Shown piece by piece: positions 1 through 11,670 of a stretch of 64,000 bases of DNA. The notes under the pieces are model-generated. The model was given only the letters and a program-made list of their open reading frames with translations, ran no database searches and was not told where the DNA came from. Origin of the DNA: Camelus dromedarius (lineage: Eukaryota); NCBI RefSeq assembly GCF_036321535.1, contig NC_087436.1, positions 111,478,001 to 111,542,000 of the forward strand. Direction: 5' to 3'. Position 1 is the stretch's first letter. Each line of letters starts with the position of its first letter. The position numbers and the translations under genes were made by a program.

Positions 1-14
1 AGTCCCAACCGTTC

Positions 15-347
15 CTATAAGTGGGAGAGGGACGTAGAATAGGAAAGTAGGAGGGAGATGAGGTTATGGAAGAATGGATGGAGAGATTCAACACTGTTGA
101 TTTTGAAGATGGCAGAGGGGGCCGTGAGCCAAGGCATGTAGGTGGCCTCCAGAAGCTGGAAAAGACAAGAAAATAGATTCTTCCCTAGAGCTTCCAAAGA
201 GGGACACAGCCCTGTGACACCTTGATTTTAGCCCAGTGAGACCTGGGCTGGACTCCCGACATCCAGAACTGTAAGATAACATGTTTTTCTTTATTAAGCT
301 ATTAAGTTTGTGATAACTTTCTATAGCAACAATGAAAAATGAATGCA
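15..347 (+). mobile_element. MaLR LTR, MLT1D/E-like, 3' portion
   Basis: Diagnostic MLT1 motifs 'ttttgaagatggcagagggggccgtgagccaagg', 'cctgtgacaccttgattttagcccagtgagacc' and 'agaactgtaagata', ending in 'tatagcaacaatgaaaaatgaatgca'. Confidence 0.8.
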
Positions 348-1166
348 CTGCCATATTCCTGTAAGATAAAGCTATTTTTCCCTGTTCATGAGCTTTTTAA
401 AGTTTTGAACCTAATTCTTTTGAGGGGCTTTGTAATCCCAGCAAAGTCACTAAGCCGAACAGAAATGCAGAAGCTCCCTGGCTTCCCTACTGGAAAATGT
501 GGATCAGTGGGAGTGCTTGCTGCCTTTGATGTCAGGCATCCATGCTGGCATCTGTCAAGGACTTCCAGCTACACAAGAGAATGGTACTTTTGGTGTTTAA
601 AATATGTACTAAGTGGTAGTAAATCCTGGGGAATGGTTGTAGCCCCTCCTGCTGGGATTTTAGCAATAGATTTTTCACATGGTTTGGAAGAGTTCAGCGT
701 TTTTCTCAAACACAGATTGCCTGGGCTGGGTGAGCAATATTAACGAGGAGGGGAAGATCTTGTCTGAGAAGTATGTTTTTATTCATCTCTGCATAAATGA
801 CCGTGGAGACCCTGGGAAGGAACTAGGACTGAGAGAGGTAGAAAGAAACAGAATTCTTCCCAAGATGCCTCGGAGCAAAGGGGCAAGGGCCTGTGGGAGC
901 AGACGTGGTTGGGACCTAGGTAAGGCCGGTTAGGAACAGGGGAGGAGTGTGCCTGGTGTCTCACCCATGGACCCAAGTGGACGAACAGAGAATATGAGTC
1001 TGAAGGTTGGCTTTTAAATACAGCCTCCTGGCAGGGCCTGAGCTGAGTCTCAGTGCTCCCCCAATTCCCCAGTCAGATGAGTTATCCTACTCTTTTCTTG
1101 AACTTGAGAGTGAAGGAGTGGGGAGAAGCTGGCAGTGTTCCTTCTGTAACTTCCGCTCTGGGCAGA

Positions 1167-1445
1167 TGCGATGGTTAACTTTATGCATCAGCTGGACTGG
1201 GCCATGGGATGCCCAGATAGCTGTTTAAACGTTGTTTCCGGGTGTGTCTGTGAGGCTGTGTTTCTGGATGAGATTAGCAGGTGCATTTGTGGATGAGTAA
1301 AGCGGATGGCCTCCCCTGTGTGGGTGGGCCTAACTAATCAGCTGAGGCCTGAACAGAACAAAAACGTGGAGGGAGTTTGGCCATGGGGATGGGACGTTGA
1401 TTTTCTCCTGCTCTTGGCACGCTTGGTTCTCAGGCCTGCTGACGG
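1167..1445 (+). mobile_element. ERVL LTR MLT2 (MLT2B/D-like), 5' portion
   Basis: Begins 'tgcgatggttaactttatgcatcagctggactgggccatgggatgcccagatagctg', matching the MLT2 5' end, and continues through 'ggcctgaacagaacaaaaa'. Confidence 0.8.
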
Positions 1446-1866
1446 AGGTAGATCTCTATGAGATAGTACTCTTGGTTTATGTTTCATTTTGGTCTTGATC
1501 TTGAGCAAACTGTGGTATTGACATGACCTCAGAATACATGCAATTGTATTCGACAATTTACCCTTCTGGATTCACTTATTCTATTTCATGGTCTCTCATG
1601 TTTCCGAGTGTTATCATGCTCTTGTGGGATGATGGTGAGGGGCACTGCGACTTGGTGAGGGGCAGATGGTACAGTGGGGAGGGATGGGCCTGACCACCCC
1701 CTTCCCCGACCCCCGGGCTTCTCTATCTGACTCCCCGGCGGTGCCTTCCCACCATTACCTTGTGTTTGGTCCTGGGTCTCAACACAGAAATTCAGAGGAT
1801 GGTAATGTTCAAAGTGTTCCTCTGAACAGAGAAGGTCTCTCTGGAAACTTTCTTTTTTCTTTTCTA

Positions 1867-1891
1867 TTTTTTTTTTTTTTTTTTTTTTTTT
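1867..1891. repeat. poly(T) tract, 25 nt
   Basis: Read directly from the sequence. Confidence 0.95.
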
Positions 1892-3291
1892 ACTGCTAGG
1901 ACTTAAAACTTGAGAGCACTGAGGCCTTTTAAATACAGAATCTTGTACTCTCATGCTTTGATTGCTACCAAATCCAGAGGTTTAAAATGCATTCCAAAGT
2001 GTAAAACTTGCCACTAAAAGGAATGTTTATAATTTGTCTTTGTATTTCAAAAGTGACTTTAAGATTCCTCCCTCTCTCTCCAGCATTTGCTCTGTGAAAA
2101 AGAGATTTTCCCAGACACAGTCCAATCCTTTCCTTCAGCATGACAAATGTTGAATGCATTTTCCTAAATACATGTATACACCAGCATGATCTCCCAATGA
2201 AGTCTTAAAGCCCAGTTGACTGAGAAGGCTGGCTTAGTAATGTGGAAATTGCTTGAGCAGTGGTTTTCTGAGGTTTATTACTTAAGCCCAGGTTCAAATG
2301 GGACTTGTCTGGGAGGGAGCAGGGAGAAATCACACACACAATGGCCACTTGAAGCAGAGAGACCCCAACCCAAACACTGTCTGCCCTTCTTCTTCCCTGT
2401 GGCTGGTAATTCACCAGGTAAAATGTAGGACTCAGTGCTGCCTAAACAAAGAACAAGCAAAGCAAGCAAAAGCCTGAAACAATGACCTTTTGCAGGGACG
2501 GAATTTACCTGAAATCTCCAGGCAGAAAGAGGGGGGTTCTAGCTCCCAGAAAGGATGCTGCCAAAATGCGATTTGGAAAGCGAATCCACGGGCAGGGCTT
2601 AATGTGCCAGATTTATGCGTGCTGTCAGCTTCTGAGCAATACAATTATGGTCATTTTTCTGCCTTGAGCTACTGCCTCCCGGTTTCTGGGAACAGGGCTC
2701 GAGTATTTCCCACTTGGTGACATTTATTGCCACCACCCCTCATAGCAGAGTTCACCTTTGGTTTTCCTTCTTCCCCAACCTCCACTGAATCTCATATTTA
2801 AAAAGAGACACTATTCGTGTTTTCAATTGTTAATACAAATATGAATCAGGTGATAAAGATCAACTTTTGTAATACTGTACTGGGGTAGATTTCCTGGTCT
2901 CAGGCAGCTGAGAAATTGCTGAGAGCTTCAGATCCCTCCAAGCATCCGTAAACAAGATGGGAGCCCAGGCCTGCGATGCCTGCCTTGTGGTGCAGACAGG
3001 TCTATGGAAGGACCCCACCATAGATGCTTTGATTCATGATTGCATCATGCTGGGGGTGGGGCTTGCCTGGAGAAGGCTGATTTATTGGAGGTGAAGTTCT
3101 CATCTGCATGCGTGTGCATGTGCATCAAAGCTCCCTCTCTGATCTCCTGTCCTGTTCTGTCCTGTCCTGACTCTGGCTCAGAATTGGTGGCTGTGTGGCA
3201 CTTGCTTACTCTTTTTTTAACTCTAAGAGTTGAGGAGCCTGTTCAGTGGGATTGTGCAGGTGGATAATAGCTGCTCTTGGTCCTTTTCTTT

Positions 3292-3380
3292 CAGCATCAC
3301 CATCCTCACCTTCATCATCATATCCATCACCATCATCGTCATCGTAGTGGTCCCCTTTGTCACTATTATGGTCATTATTC
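3292..3380. repeat. degenerate (CAT)n trinucleotide repeat
   Basis: 'cagcatcaccatcctcaccttcatcatcatatccatcaccatcatcgtcatcg'. It produces the Asp-rich and Ile-rich spurious ORFs here. Confidence 0.85.
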
Positions 3381-3384
3381 CTAA

Positions 3385-3615
3385 AATTGATCAAGCGTCT
3401 TCTCTGCCCAATGCTGTGTTAGGCACTTTAGAAGTAAAATCTTACTTAACTCTTAAAACAAACACCACCAATGAGATATGATTGCTTCCACGTGGCAGCG
3501 AGGCACCTACATCTCTGAATGGTTAAGCATCTTAACTAAGTCCCAGAATGAAACCTGCACATCGATCTGTTTGACTTTAGAGCCTATGTCCTCAGTATCA
3601 TGCCATGCTGCCTCT
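3385..3615 (-). mobile_element. MIR SINE
   Basis: Antisense MIR features 'ctgtgttaggcacttta', 'ggttaagcatcttaactaagtcccag' and 'tttgactttagagcc'. Confidence 0.65.
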
Positions 3616-4393
3616 CTTAGACGTCTAGCTCTAAACAGAGGTTTTGTCATGCCCCAAATCAATGGGATCAGTGAAGCCAGATTAAACAAAAAACTTTCTT
3701 AAAGCAGCACGCTGAGATGAAACAATGATCTCCCTTCACTAAGCACAAGGATTAAGTGTTTAGTGATTTCATTAGGACGCATCTAGCTTTCACTGCAGTC
3801 AGTGGAATACGAATGTTTTAGAACTTGGCGTTAGTGTTTGATTTTGCGTGGCTTTGACCCTTTGTGGATCCACCTGCTTGTCCCTTCAAACAATAGGCTT
3901 CTTCTTTATAAAGGAGCATTCCCATGCATGATTATTTTATTAATTTTCTGGACTTCAAGGAAGTCAGCTCATAAGACTTTATAAGAAACAATGACCAGGA
4001 ACGTAAAACAACATCTGAAAAATTCAACTCTTGTGCTGGATTAATGAGCAACGGAGTGTCTGTGGGAAATGGAGGCATCTGGGGGAGGGTGGGGGGCAGG
4101 GGCGTGATGGAGGGAGGCCGCCTACATTGTAGGATAAAATATAACATTTGTGGCTCATAAAATTTTTCTATGAGCCATTTTCTGCTAAACTCCATCATTG
4201 TTTCTTGACGTGTTCGGGAGCTTGGTCTGTGCTCATTCATTTACTTTATAACAGAAATACTGGATTAAAGTGTAAGGAAAAAGACATTCTGGTGATAGGC
4301 TGAAAAGACAAGGGGTGACTTGACCAGAAAAATGTTTGGGGGAAACATATACACTGTTATTTGCTCTAGTTTTAGTTATTTAAAAAAATTGTA

Positions 4394-4480
4394 GGGGGTT
4401 GATGGGGGTATAACTCAGTGGCTGAGCATGTGTTTTACGTGCATGAGATCCTGGGTTCAATCCCCAGTACCTCCAAAAAA
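4394..4480 (+). mobile_element. tRNA-Ala-derived camelid SINE (Vic-1-like), short form
   Basis: A-box 'taactcagtgg', B-box 'gggttcaatccc', ending 'acctcca' plus an A tail. Flanked by the repeat aaaaaaattg (4382-4391 and 4475-4484). Confidence 0.85.
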
Positions 4481-5755
4481 ATTGCGGGGGAATACAATGC
4501 TCTCAAAGGATTGAGTCTTAAATATGAGAAGTGTATTTAAGAGAAGAGAGAATTATTCACAGACTGGAACTGAAACATGAGAGAGTGAGGGTCTCTAGGT
4601 TCTAGAGGAATCTGGGAAATGTGTTTTCTAAACTAAGAGAACCCTTGGGTTCTCCTTATAACCACCTTCAGTCCTTTTGGTGGTCTCAGCTCTTCTGGAT
4701 GGGTATAAGGGGGTGGGAGTTTCAGCAATGCCGCAAGCTGGTAACTCAAGCCACTTTCAAATACCCGATGGGGGCAGGGGCTCTCCTGTCTCTGGCTCCA
4801 GAGTTTTCTGTCTTGCAGAGGTGGGAGGACTCAGCCAATGAGGTGCTCTGGGGTTGCAACCATTTCAATTATTTATGCTCACTGCAACCTTGTCAATGGA
4901 AGATGAACTGCTGAACCCAAGAAATTCTCAAAGTTGGATACAATTCCTGTTGTTTACAACTGAGTTCATCTCCCTGTGATCCCATCTTTGCCCCTGCACC
5001 CCCAACCCCAGATTTCTTCCAAGACCCTTTCCTAAGATGGAGCTAATTAAGCCAAATGTTGCCTTTATGTCCAGTTTCCTTCTTTGCCTGTGGCTTTTTC
5101 TTTTTCAATGATAGTATCACAGACTGGGGAAGGGCCTGGTTGCCAAGGCAACGGGATGTGTTGCCCGTGCTTTCTCAGTGTCAACTGGACGCTCTACTCA
5201 GTTTGCTGGATCACGGGGGGAGGGTTGTTTCTACGCAGTGAGACCTCTTTAAAGCTTTAATGAGCCAGCACACTGCAAATCATCTCATTATCCCCAGGGT
5301 GACCAGTTATCGGGAGCCCAGGGACAGATGGATCTGGAAAGGCGGATTTGAGCAAGGCCAAGTTCTCTTTGTCCCTTATGGCCTGGAGTCTACATACCAG
5401 GCCTTCGAGATGGTGTGTTGTCTGCGTCATTCTGCCCCTTCCAGCATCATGCAGCTGGGCTCCTGGGATTCTTTACCGGACTGAAACCTTCCCCTGGGCT
5501 GGCATTGCCCTCTCCTCCTGGGTCCCAGCAATTTTACATTTCTCCTTTACTCCTCTTATGCAATTGCTGTTAGTTCACAAGTTCGTGGGGCCACATTTTA
5601 TTTATTTTTGTTATGTTACCCAGCACAGAGCTCAGGTCCTGTCATATGGCAGTGTTGGTAAATATTTGTTGGATGGTGTATGAAATAATCAATTCTGCCC
5701 TTTACCTTCCTGAGCCCTAAGTAACCAATATATCAATCAAAAATGTATGAAGCAC

Positions 5756-6143
5756 TGTATTAGTTTGCTCAGGCTGCCATGACAAAATACCACAGAGTGC
5801 GTGACTTAAACACAGAAATTAATTTTTTCATAGTTCTGGAGGCTGGAAGTCCAAGGTCAAAGTGTTGGCTGGTTTGATTTCTTCTAAAGCTTTTCTTTCT
5901 GGCTTGCCAAAGGCTGCCTTCTCGCTGGGTCCTCACACAGTCATCCCTGGTGTCTCTTTTGGGGTCTAAATTTCCTCTTCTTCTAAGGACACCAGCCAGA
6001 TTGGATTAGGGCTCACTATTACAGCCTCCTTTTTACTTAATCATCTTTTAAAAGGTCCTATCTCCAAATCCAGTCACATTCTGAGGTACTGGGGGTTAAG
6101 ATACCAACATATGAATTTTGGGGACATAATTCAGCCCATTACA
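5756..6143 (-). mobile_element. MaLR solo LTR, MLT1A/B-like, inserted into an L2 3' end
   Basis: TG...CA termini with MLT1 motifs 'ggctgccatgacaaaataccacag' and 'cacattctgaggtactgggggttaag'. Degenerate 5-bp TSD agcac/agtat. Confidence 0.85.
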
Positions 6144-6406
6144 AGTATCTACTATTCTTCAGGACCTGTGCTAAGCCCTGAAGGCAAGCGGAAGTGATTT
6201 TCAAAATTCTTGACAACTGCTATGGCAATGCATACTGAGCATTCAGGATGGACCAGGCCAGTCAGAACGGATGCTTGTTGTAAATAATTGGATTACCTGG
6301 GTTCGCACATCCTGTCTTGGTCTTGCCTCCAGATAATGGCATTGCATGGTCCCAGATCTCAGGCAACTTATAGTCTACTGGAAGACCTAACAATGAAAGA
6401 GTAATT

Positions 6407-6488
6407 CTTTCTTTTAATTGAAGTATAGTTGATTTACAGTGTGTTAATTTCTGCACAGCACAGTGATTCTGTTCAGCATAGTGATTCT

Positions 6489-6549
<61 letters not shown>

Positions 6550-7180
6550 TCCTTTTCATATTCTTTTTCATTATAGGCTGTTACAAGGTATTGAATACAG
6601 TTCCCTGTGCTAGAACATAATTGTTTTTCTATTTTATATACAGTAGTTAGTATCTGCAAATCCTGAACTCCCAATTTATTCATCCACTCCTTCTCTCATC
6701 ACTGGCAACCATAAGTTTCTTTTCTATGTCTGTGAGTCTGTTTCTGTTTGTAAATAAGTTCATTTGTGTCATTTTTAAGATTCCACATATAAGTGATACC
6801 AGATGATATTTGTCCTTGTCTGCCTACTTCATCTAGTATGACAATCTTGAGGTCCACCCATGTTGCTGCAAATGGCATTATTTTATTCTTTTTTATGGCT
6901 GAGTAGTATTCCACAGTGTGTGTACACCACAATTTCTTTACCCAGTTATTTGTTGATGGACATTTAAGTTGCTTCCATGTCTTGGCTATCATAAATAGTG
7001 CTGCTGTGAACATTGGGGTGCATGTATCTCTTTGAATTAAGGTTCCCTCTGGATATATGCCCAGGACTGGAATTGCTTATCCAGTCACTGGTTGACGGAC
7101 GTTTAAGTTGCTTCCATGTCTTGGCTATTGTAAATAGTATTCCTATGAACATTAGGGTACATGTGTCTTTTCAAATTAGG
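6407..7180 (-). mobile_element. L1 LINE 3' end (artiodactyl-type), 5'-truncated
   Basis: The 3' terminus reads 'ttttaattgaagtatagttgatttaca' on +. ORF2 C-terminal peptides are present: MFTAALFMIAKTWKQLKCPS...EYYSAIKKNKIMPFAATW (6699-7013). Confidence 0.92.
6495..6544. repeat. (TA)~25 microsatellite inside the L1 3' UTR
   Basis: Read directly from the sequence. Confidence 0.95.
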
Positions 7181-7552
7181 AGACTCTTTTTCTTACTTCT
7201 TTCAGCTAAAGAGTGACATATAATATCGGAGAAGATAAAATTAGGGGGTTAGCTTATGTTTTGTGGAATGGTGTGGAATATTAATAATTGAATAGCAAGG
7301 TTGAATAGAATAAGGGAATAAGAAAGACAGGATCAAGTAATGAGGGTGCAGGATACCTTCCTTCAGGAAGTATCAGGGAAGGCTTGTTAATCATCATCAT
7401 AGCTAACACATTGTGCATCTTCTCTGCATTCAACTAACATTTGTTAAGCACATAATATATGCTTAGAACTAGCATTGGAAGAGGCACCAAATAGCAGGGA
7501 AGGTGGTTACTTCTGTGGTGTTTACAATCTAGGGCTGACTTCTTTTCTACGT

Positions 7553-7958
7553 TATAGTGGATGCTGCCTTGTACCACTCAGATCACCCTTTAGAATTGTT
7601 CTTCCAGCTCTTGGCTGGTGTTGACAGCTGGTAGTTTACAGGAATTGTAAAACCTTGCCTCATCTTGGGTTATTCTTCCTCTTGGGAGGTAGTAGCCTGC
7701 CTCCAATGACTAGTAGATGACAGAGGACCAGCTCTTTGACTTACTTCCAGACAACTTGGAAGGGCTATTCCAGCTCCAGAGCCCCCCAGGGAATCAGCTG
7801 AGGCCTCTGGTGTGACTGCATCCCATGCAATATGTCCCCCTGTCCAGTCCTGAACCCCTTGCTACCCCACTGCTGCTGACTTGGGTAACACTCTCCAAAA
7901 AGCTTCCTGTGCACAGTCTCCACCTGAGGGTCTTAGATGCGAGACTTGAGCTAAGACA
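7553..7958 (+). mobile_element. ERVL solo LTR, LTR16C-like
   Basis: Starts 'tatagtggatgctg...cagatcaccctttag'. Contains 'gaagggctattccagctccagagc...gctgaggcctctggtgtgactgcatc' and ends 'ctaagaca'. Confidence 0.8.
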
Positions 7959-7974
7959 CATGTATTTTTAAAAA

Positions 7975-8180
7975 ATCCCAACCACCATCTATTATGCTAT
8001 GATATTTTATTATACTCATTTTACAAATTAAGGAAATTAAGGCTGAAAGAGGCTGAATAACTTGCTGCAATCACAGAGCTAAAAAGTGATAAAACTGCTG
8101 CATGAACCATTTCTGCCTGAATAAAAGTACCCTTAAAAAAAGCCGGTGCTCTTAAAGACTATCCTACTCTGTCTTGAAGG
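7975..8180 (-). mobile_element. MIR SINE
   Basis: Antisense core 'cattttacaaattaaggaaattaaggctgaaagaggctgaataacttgctgcaatcacagagct'. Confidence 0.75.
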
Positions 8181-8659
8181 TGGCAGGGATGCTGGACCTT
8201 GAGGATGAGCAAGATTGGAACAAGCCTGAGTTTTGAACACAACTTCTCCCCGCTCCCAAGAGTTAACCTGGATTGCTCATTGCCTGGATAAGAATCAAGT
8301 CACTTATTATTGATCCTAAAAAAGCCACTGTTCTTTTTTCCTCAAGTATCTCTGTAAATGCAGTGTATTGATTTCAGAGAGCCAATTCAAGCCATTTAAA
8401 AAAAAAACTATGAAAATATAGATTTTGTTAAAAACTTGAATCCATAAAGCCATTTTGATTTCTCATTATTTTTCTAACTGCTGACACTCATCAGAGGAGA
8501 TCAAATGTTAACCAAGTACAGGAAGGATTGACCTTATTGACACACTTTATCTATATGAGGCTGAATTCTTTTACTAAAGCACCGAGGGCTTCTTAAATCC
8601 CATTGTTTGTTTGTGTGTGTGTGTTTAATAGCCAACAACATATTTTTCTGTTCATTCTC

Positions 8660-8835
8660 TCACTTGAGACTTACACAAAAATCTGGCAGGGAAGTTTTGG
8701 TAACCCTGTTCTACAGATGAGGAGACTGGGACTTGAAGGGTTAAAGTGCCCCGGGTCACACAGCTAAAGAGACAAGAGCTTGTACCTGAAACCTACTGCA
8801 TCTGTCTCCCAGCTCCTAAAACTAGAGCCATTGCT
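8660..8835 (-). mobile_element. MIR SINE
   Basis: 'ctacagatgaggagactgggacttgaagggttaaagtgccccgggtcacacagcta'. Confidence 0.75.
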
Positions 8836-9179
8836 CAGCAAACGTGTCTGCATCTAGAACTTCTCAGCGTGTCTGAAACCAAATCTTGTTCATCACCTAC
8901 CCCTCATCCAGGCTAACGATACAAATTTCCCCTCAGTTATCTAAGCCAGAAACTCCAAACGTTCTTGAATCTTTCACCTTCCTATCCTTGCTCCCCCTAC
9001 CCTCTATTTAAAACTCCATTTTTTATCTTGTACCAAAATATCTCTCAGCCCTTACTGTTCCTATGTCTATATCGTCATGGTCTGTCACTTAGATTCATAT
9101 TAATTCGATAGTCCCCTACCTGGTATAGAGTTAGGTGTCCCTGTCTCCTGTTTCAAGTCAAAGGCGTCGACATCAAATC

Positions 9180-9415
9180 GTGGGGTCTGAAGTCAGACTG
9201 CTTGGATCTGAAACATGTTTTCACTGGTAATTGGCTAAGACTTTCTTGGCAAGCTCTTTAGCCTCCCTTGCCTGAAGTCCACATCTGTTAAACGGGGAAA
9301 ACAATAGTAATGACCTTATTGGATGGTTGTGAACATTAAATGAGGTGAGATGTGTCATGTCCTTAGAACGATGCCTAGGATCTAGGAAGCACTCAACAAA
9401 CGCCAGCTGGTGTTA
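9180..9415 (+). mobile_element. MIR SINE
   Basis: 'gggtctgaagtcagactgcttggatctgaaa...ggcaagctctttagcctccc...catctgttaaacgggg'. Confidence 0.8.
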
Positions 9416-9634
9416 TCAGTCATCTTCCTCTCGGAGGCTGGAGCGATCTTTCTGAAATGTAAACCCAGTCAGACTACTTTCCTATTGAAAAGCCTTCAGT
9501 AGCGCTTAGAACCTACACAGTATCATTCCAGACTTTTTCTAAAGTTCAAAAATAGCTAACGACCATTGATTGTATTCTACCCTACATTCCAGGCACTTCA
9601 GATGTGTTATTTAATTCTTTAAAAGGTAAATAGA

Positions 9635-9790
9635 GGAGGAGGGAATAGCTCAGTGGTAGAGTTCATGCTTAGCATGCACGAGGTCCTGGGTTCAATCCAT
9701 CAGCACCTCCATTACAAACAAACAAACAAACAGGTCCTGGGTTCAATCCATCAGCACCTCCATTACAAACAAACAAACAAACAAATAAAT
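9635..9790 (+). mobile_element. tRNA-Ala-derived camelid SINE (Vic-1-like) with a duplicated 3' half
   Basis: Body 'tagctcagtggtagagttcatgcttagcatgcacgaggtcctgggttcaatcc' followed by an (AAAC)n tail. TSD aaaaggtaaataga/aaaaggtaagtgga sits at a TT|AAAA site. Confidence 0.92.
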
Positions 9791-10149
9791 AAAAGGTAAG
9801 TGGAATTATACTACACATATTCTTCTCCATCTTGTTATTTTTTCCTTCAACTCATTACTCTCTGTTTCTGGGGTCAGCAACTTTCTGAATCTGAAAATCT
9901 CTTTTCTGATGATAAGAGGCCATGTAATCCTGTGGTCAGCAGCTTCCTGATTGGGTGGTTTCCTGCCCACCCTCGTGGGCAGTTTTCTCAATCCTGATAG
10001 AGGAATTATGATTCCTGGAAGTTCAGCCTTGCTGAGGCTGATTTCTCCAGGCTTTCTAATAATTTATAATAAACCAGCTAGAGAAATTTCCATTTTCTGC
10101 AACTGAACCCTAAGTGAAAAGTGATCCTTTGTGATCCTTTGTAATTTTT

Positions 10150-10480
10150 TGCCAGTGTTTAGAAAGCTGTTCAATTTTACAGGTAGGTCATAGTATTACC
10201 TGCAAATGTAGAATGCTTTGTCCCTTTCTTTCTAAAATGCTTTATCTCTCTTATTGTCTTCTGTTATCGAAATTACCAGGACCTTTAGCAAATTATTGAA
10301 TACTAGTGAAGACAGCTGGTGTCCCTGTGCTGTTCCTGAGTGGGCATTATTCTAGTGTTTCACCATCAAGTGTGATATTTTCTGTTGGTAGATACCCTTT
10401 ATTAGCTTAAGATTTTTGTTTATTTGTTTGTCTTTAATTAAGCTGAGTGTTGAATTTTATAAAATACTTTATCAAATACT
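10150..10480 (-). mobile_element. old L1M ORF2 fragment
   Basis: Antisense L1 ORF2-like text 'ttgaatactagtgaagacag...ttctagtgtttcaccatcaagtgtgatattttctgttgg'. Confidence 0.6.
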
Positions 10481-10481
10481 G

Positions 10482-10986
10482 GCCATCCGGATATACCAGA
10501 GGAGCTGTAAAGTGCTTCCTTTAAATGGAAAGGTGAAAGTTCTTAACTTGGTAAAAAAAAAAAAAAAAAAGAAAACATTGTATGTTGAAGTTGCTGAGAT
10601 CTACAGTAAGAATGAATCTATCTTTGAAATTGTGAAGAAGGAAAAAAATTCATGCTAGTTTTTCTGTCACATATCAAACTATAAAAGTTACAGCCACAGT
10701 GTGTGTCTCGTTAAGATGGAAAAAACATTAAATTTGTACAATGAGATATTTTGAAATTGAGAGAGACCCCATTCACATAACTATTATAGTATATTATTAT
10801 AATTGTTCTATTTTGTTATTTGTTATTATTGTTTATATCTTACTGTGTCTAATTTATAAATTAAACTTTATCACTGGGAAGTATGGGTGGAAAAAACAGT
10901 ATATATAGGGTTTGGTACCACACGCTGTTTCAGGCAAACACTGGGGGATCTTAGAATGAACCCCTATGAATAAGGGGGGTACTATA
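10482..10986 (+). mobile_element. MER44 / Tigger7-derived DNA transposon fragment
   Basis: Translates to a pogo-type N-terminal HTH (RSCKVLPLNGKVKVLNLV...YVEVAEIYSKNESIFEIVKKEK). Right terminus 'gggtttggtacc...tttcaggcaaacactgggggatctt...ataaggggggtacta'. Confidence 0.8.
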
Positions 10987-11240
10987 TGTATATATATCGA
11001 TTATGAAAAAAGAAATATATATTATACGTGTATGTATGACATATGTATAATTATATACATAAAATTATGTAACGTATATTTCTTTTTTATAGTATCTAAC
11101 TATATACATATATTTCTTTTTTCCTAATCTGTTATGATACTGAATTTCATCAATGTATTTTTCCCTAATGCTGACCCATTCCTAAGATTTTCCCTAGTAT
11201 TTAAAAAATATGTTGCCAGATTTGATTTGCTCACATCTTC

Positions 11241-11670
11241 CAGGCATACCTCGGAGATTTTGTGGGTTCAGTTCCAGACCACCAGAATAAAGCATATATT
11301 GAAACAACGTAAGTCACATGATTTATTTGGTTTCCCAGTGCACATAAAAGTTACGTTTACACTATACTGAAGCCTATTAAGTGTGCAATACTTTATCGCT
11401 AAAAAATGCTATCATCTGAGCCTTCAGTGAGTTGCAGTCTTTTTACAATAGTAACATCAAAGATCACGGATTACAGAACGTAGTGACAAATATACTAATG
11501 ATGAAAAAATCTGAAATATTTTTAGAATAACCAAAATGTGACACAGAGACAGAACGGGAGCAAATGCTATTGGAAAAATCACACTGATAGAATTGCTCAA
11601 TGCAGGGTTGCCACAAACTTTCAATTTATAAAAAAAGCAATGTCTGTGAAGTACTAATAAAATGAAGTGC
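11241..11670 (-). mobile_element. Internally deleted Tigger1 derivative (MITE-like)
   Basis: Starts with the Tigger1 TIR 'caggcatacctcggag'. Both halves align by eye to the two ends of the full Tigger1 at 14924-17369, and the transposase region is missing. Confidence 0.88.

Noticed and set aside
339..743. 134-aa ORF
   Set aside because: No recognisable domain or exon context, and the length is within chance expectation for 64 kb.
3206..3481. Asp-rich and Ile-rich hydrophobic ORFs
   Set aside because: These are translation artefacts of a degenerate (CAT)n repeat.
9640..9711. Apparent tRNA-Ala(AGC) gene (also at 4404, 50360 and 60383)
   Set aside because: Each has an A-rich tail and a TSD, mismatched stems and no oligo-T terminator. 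These are SINE or retroposed copies, not tRNA genes.
9681..9790. CRISPR-like repeat-spacer appearance
   Set aside because: Only two identical units with no unique spacers, inside a SINE in a mammalian genome.
10121..10142. 10-bp tandem microduplications (gtgatccttt x2; also tctgaaccca x2 at 57321-57340)
   Set aside because: These are ordinary slippage duplications with no higher-order pattern.
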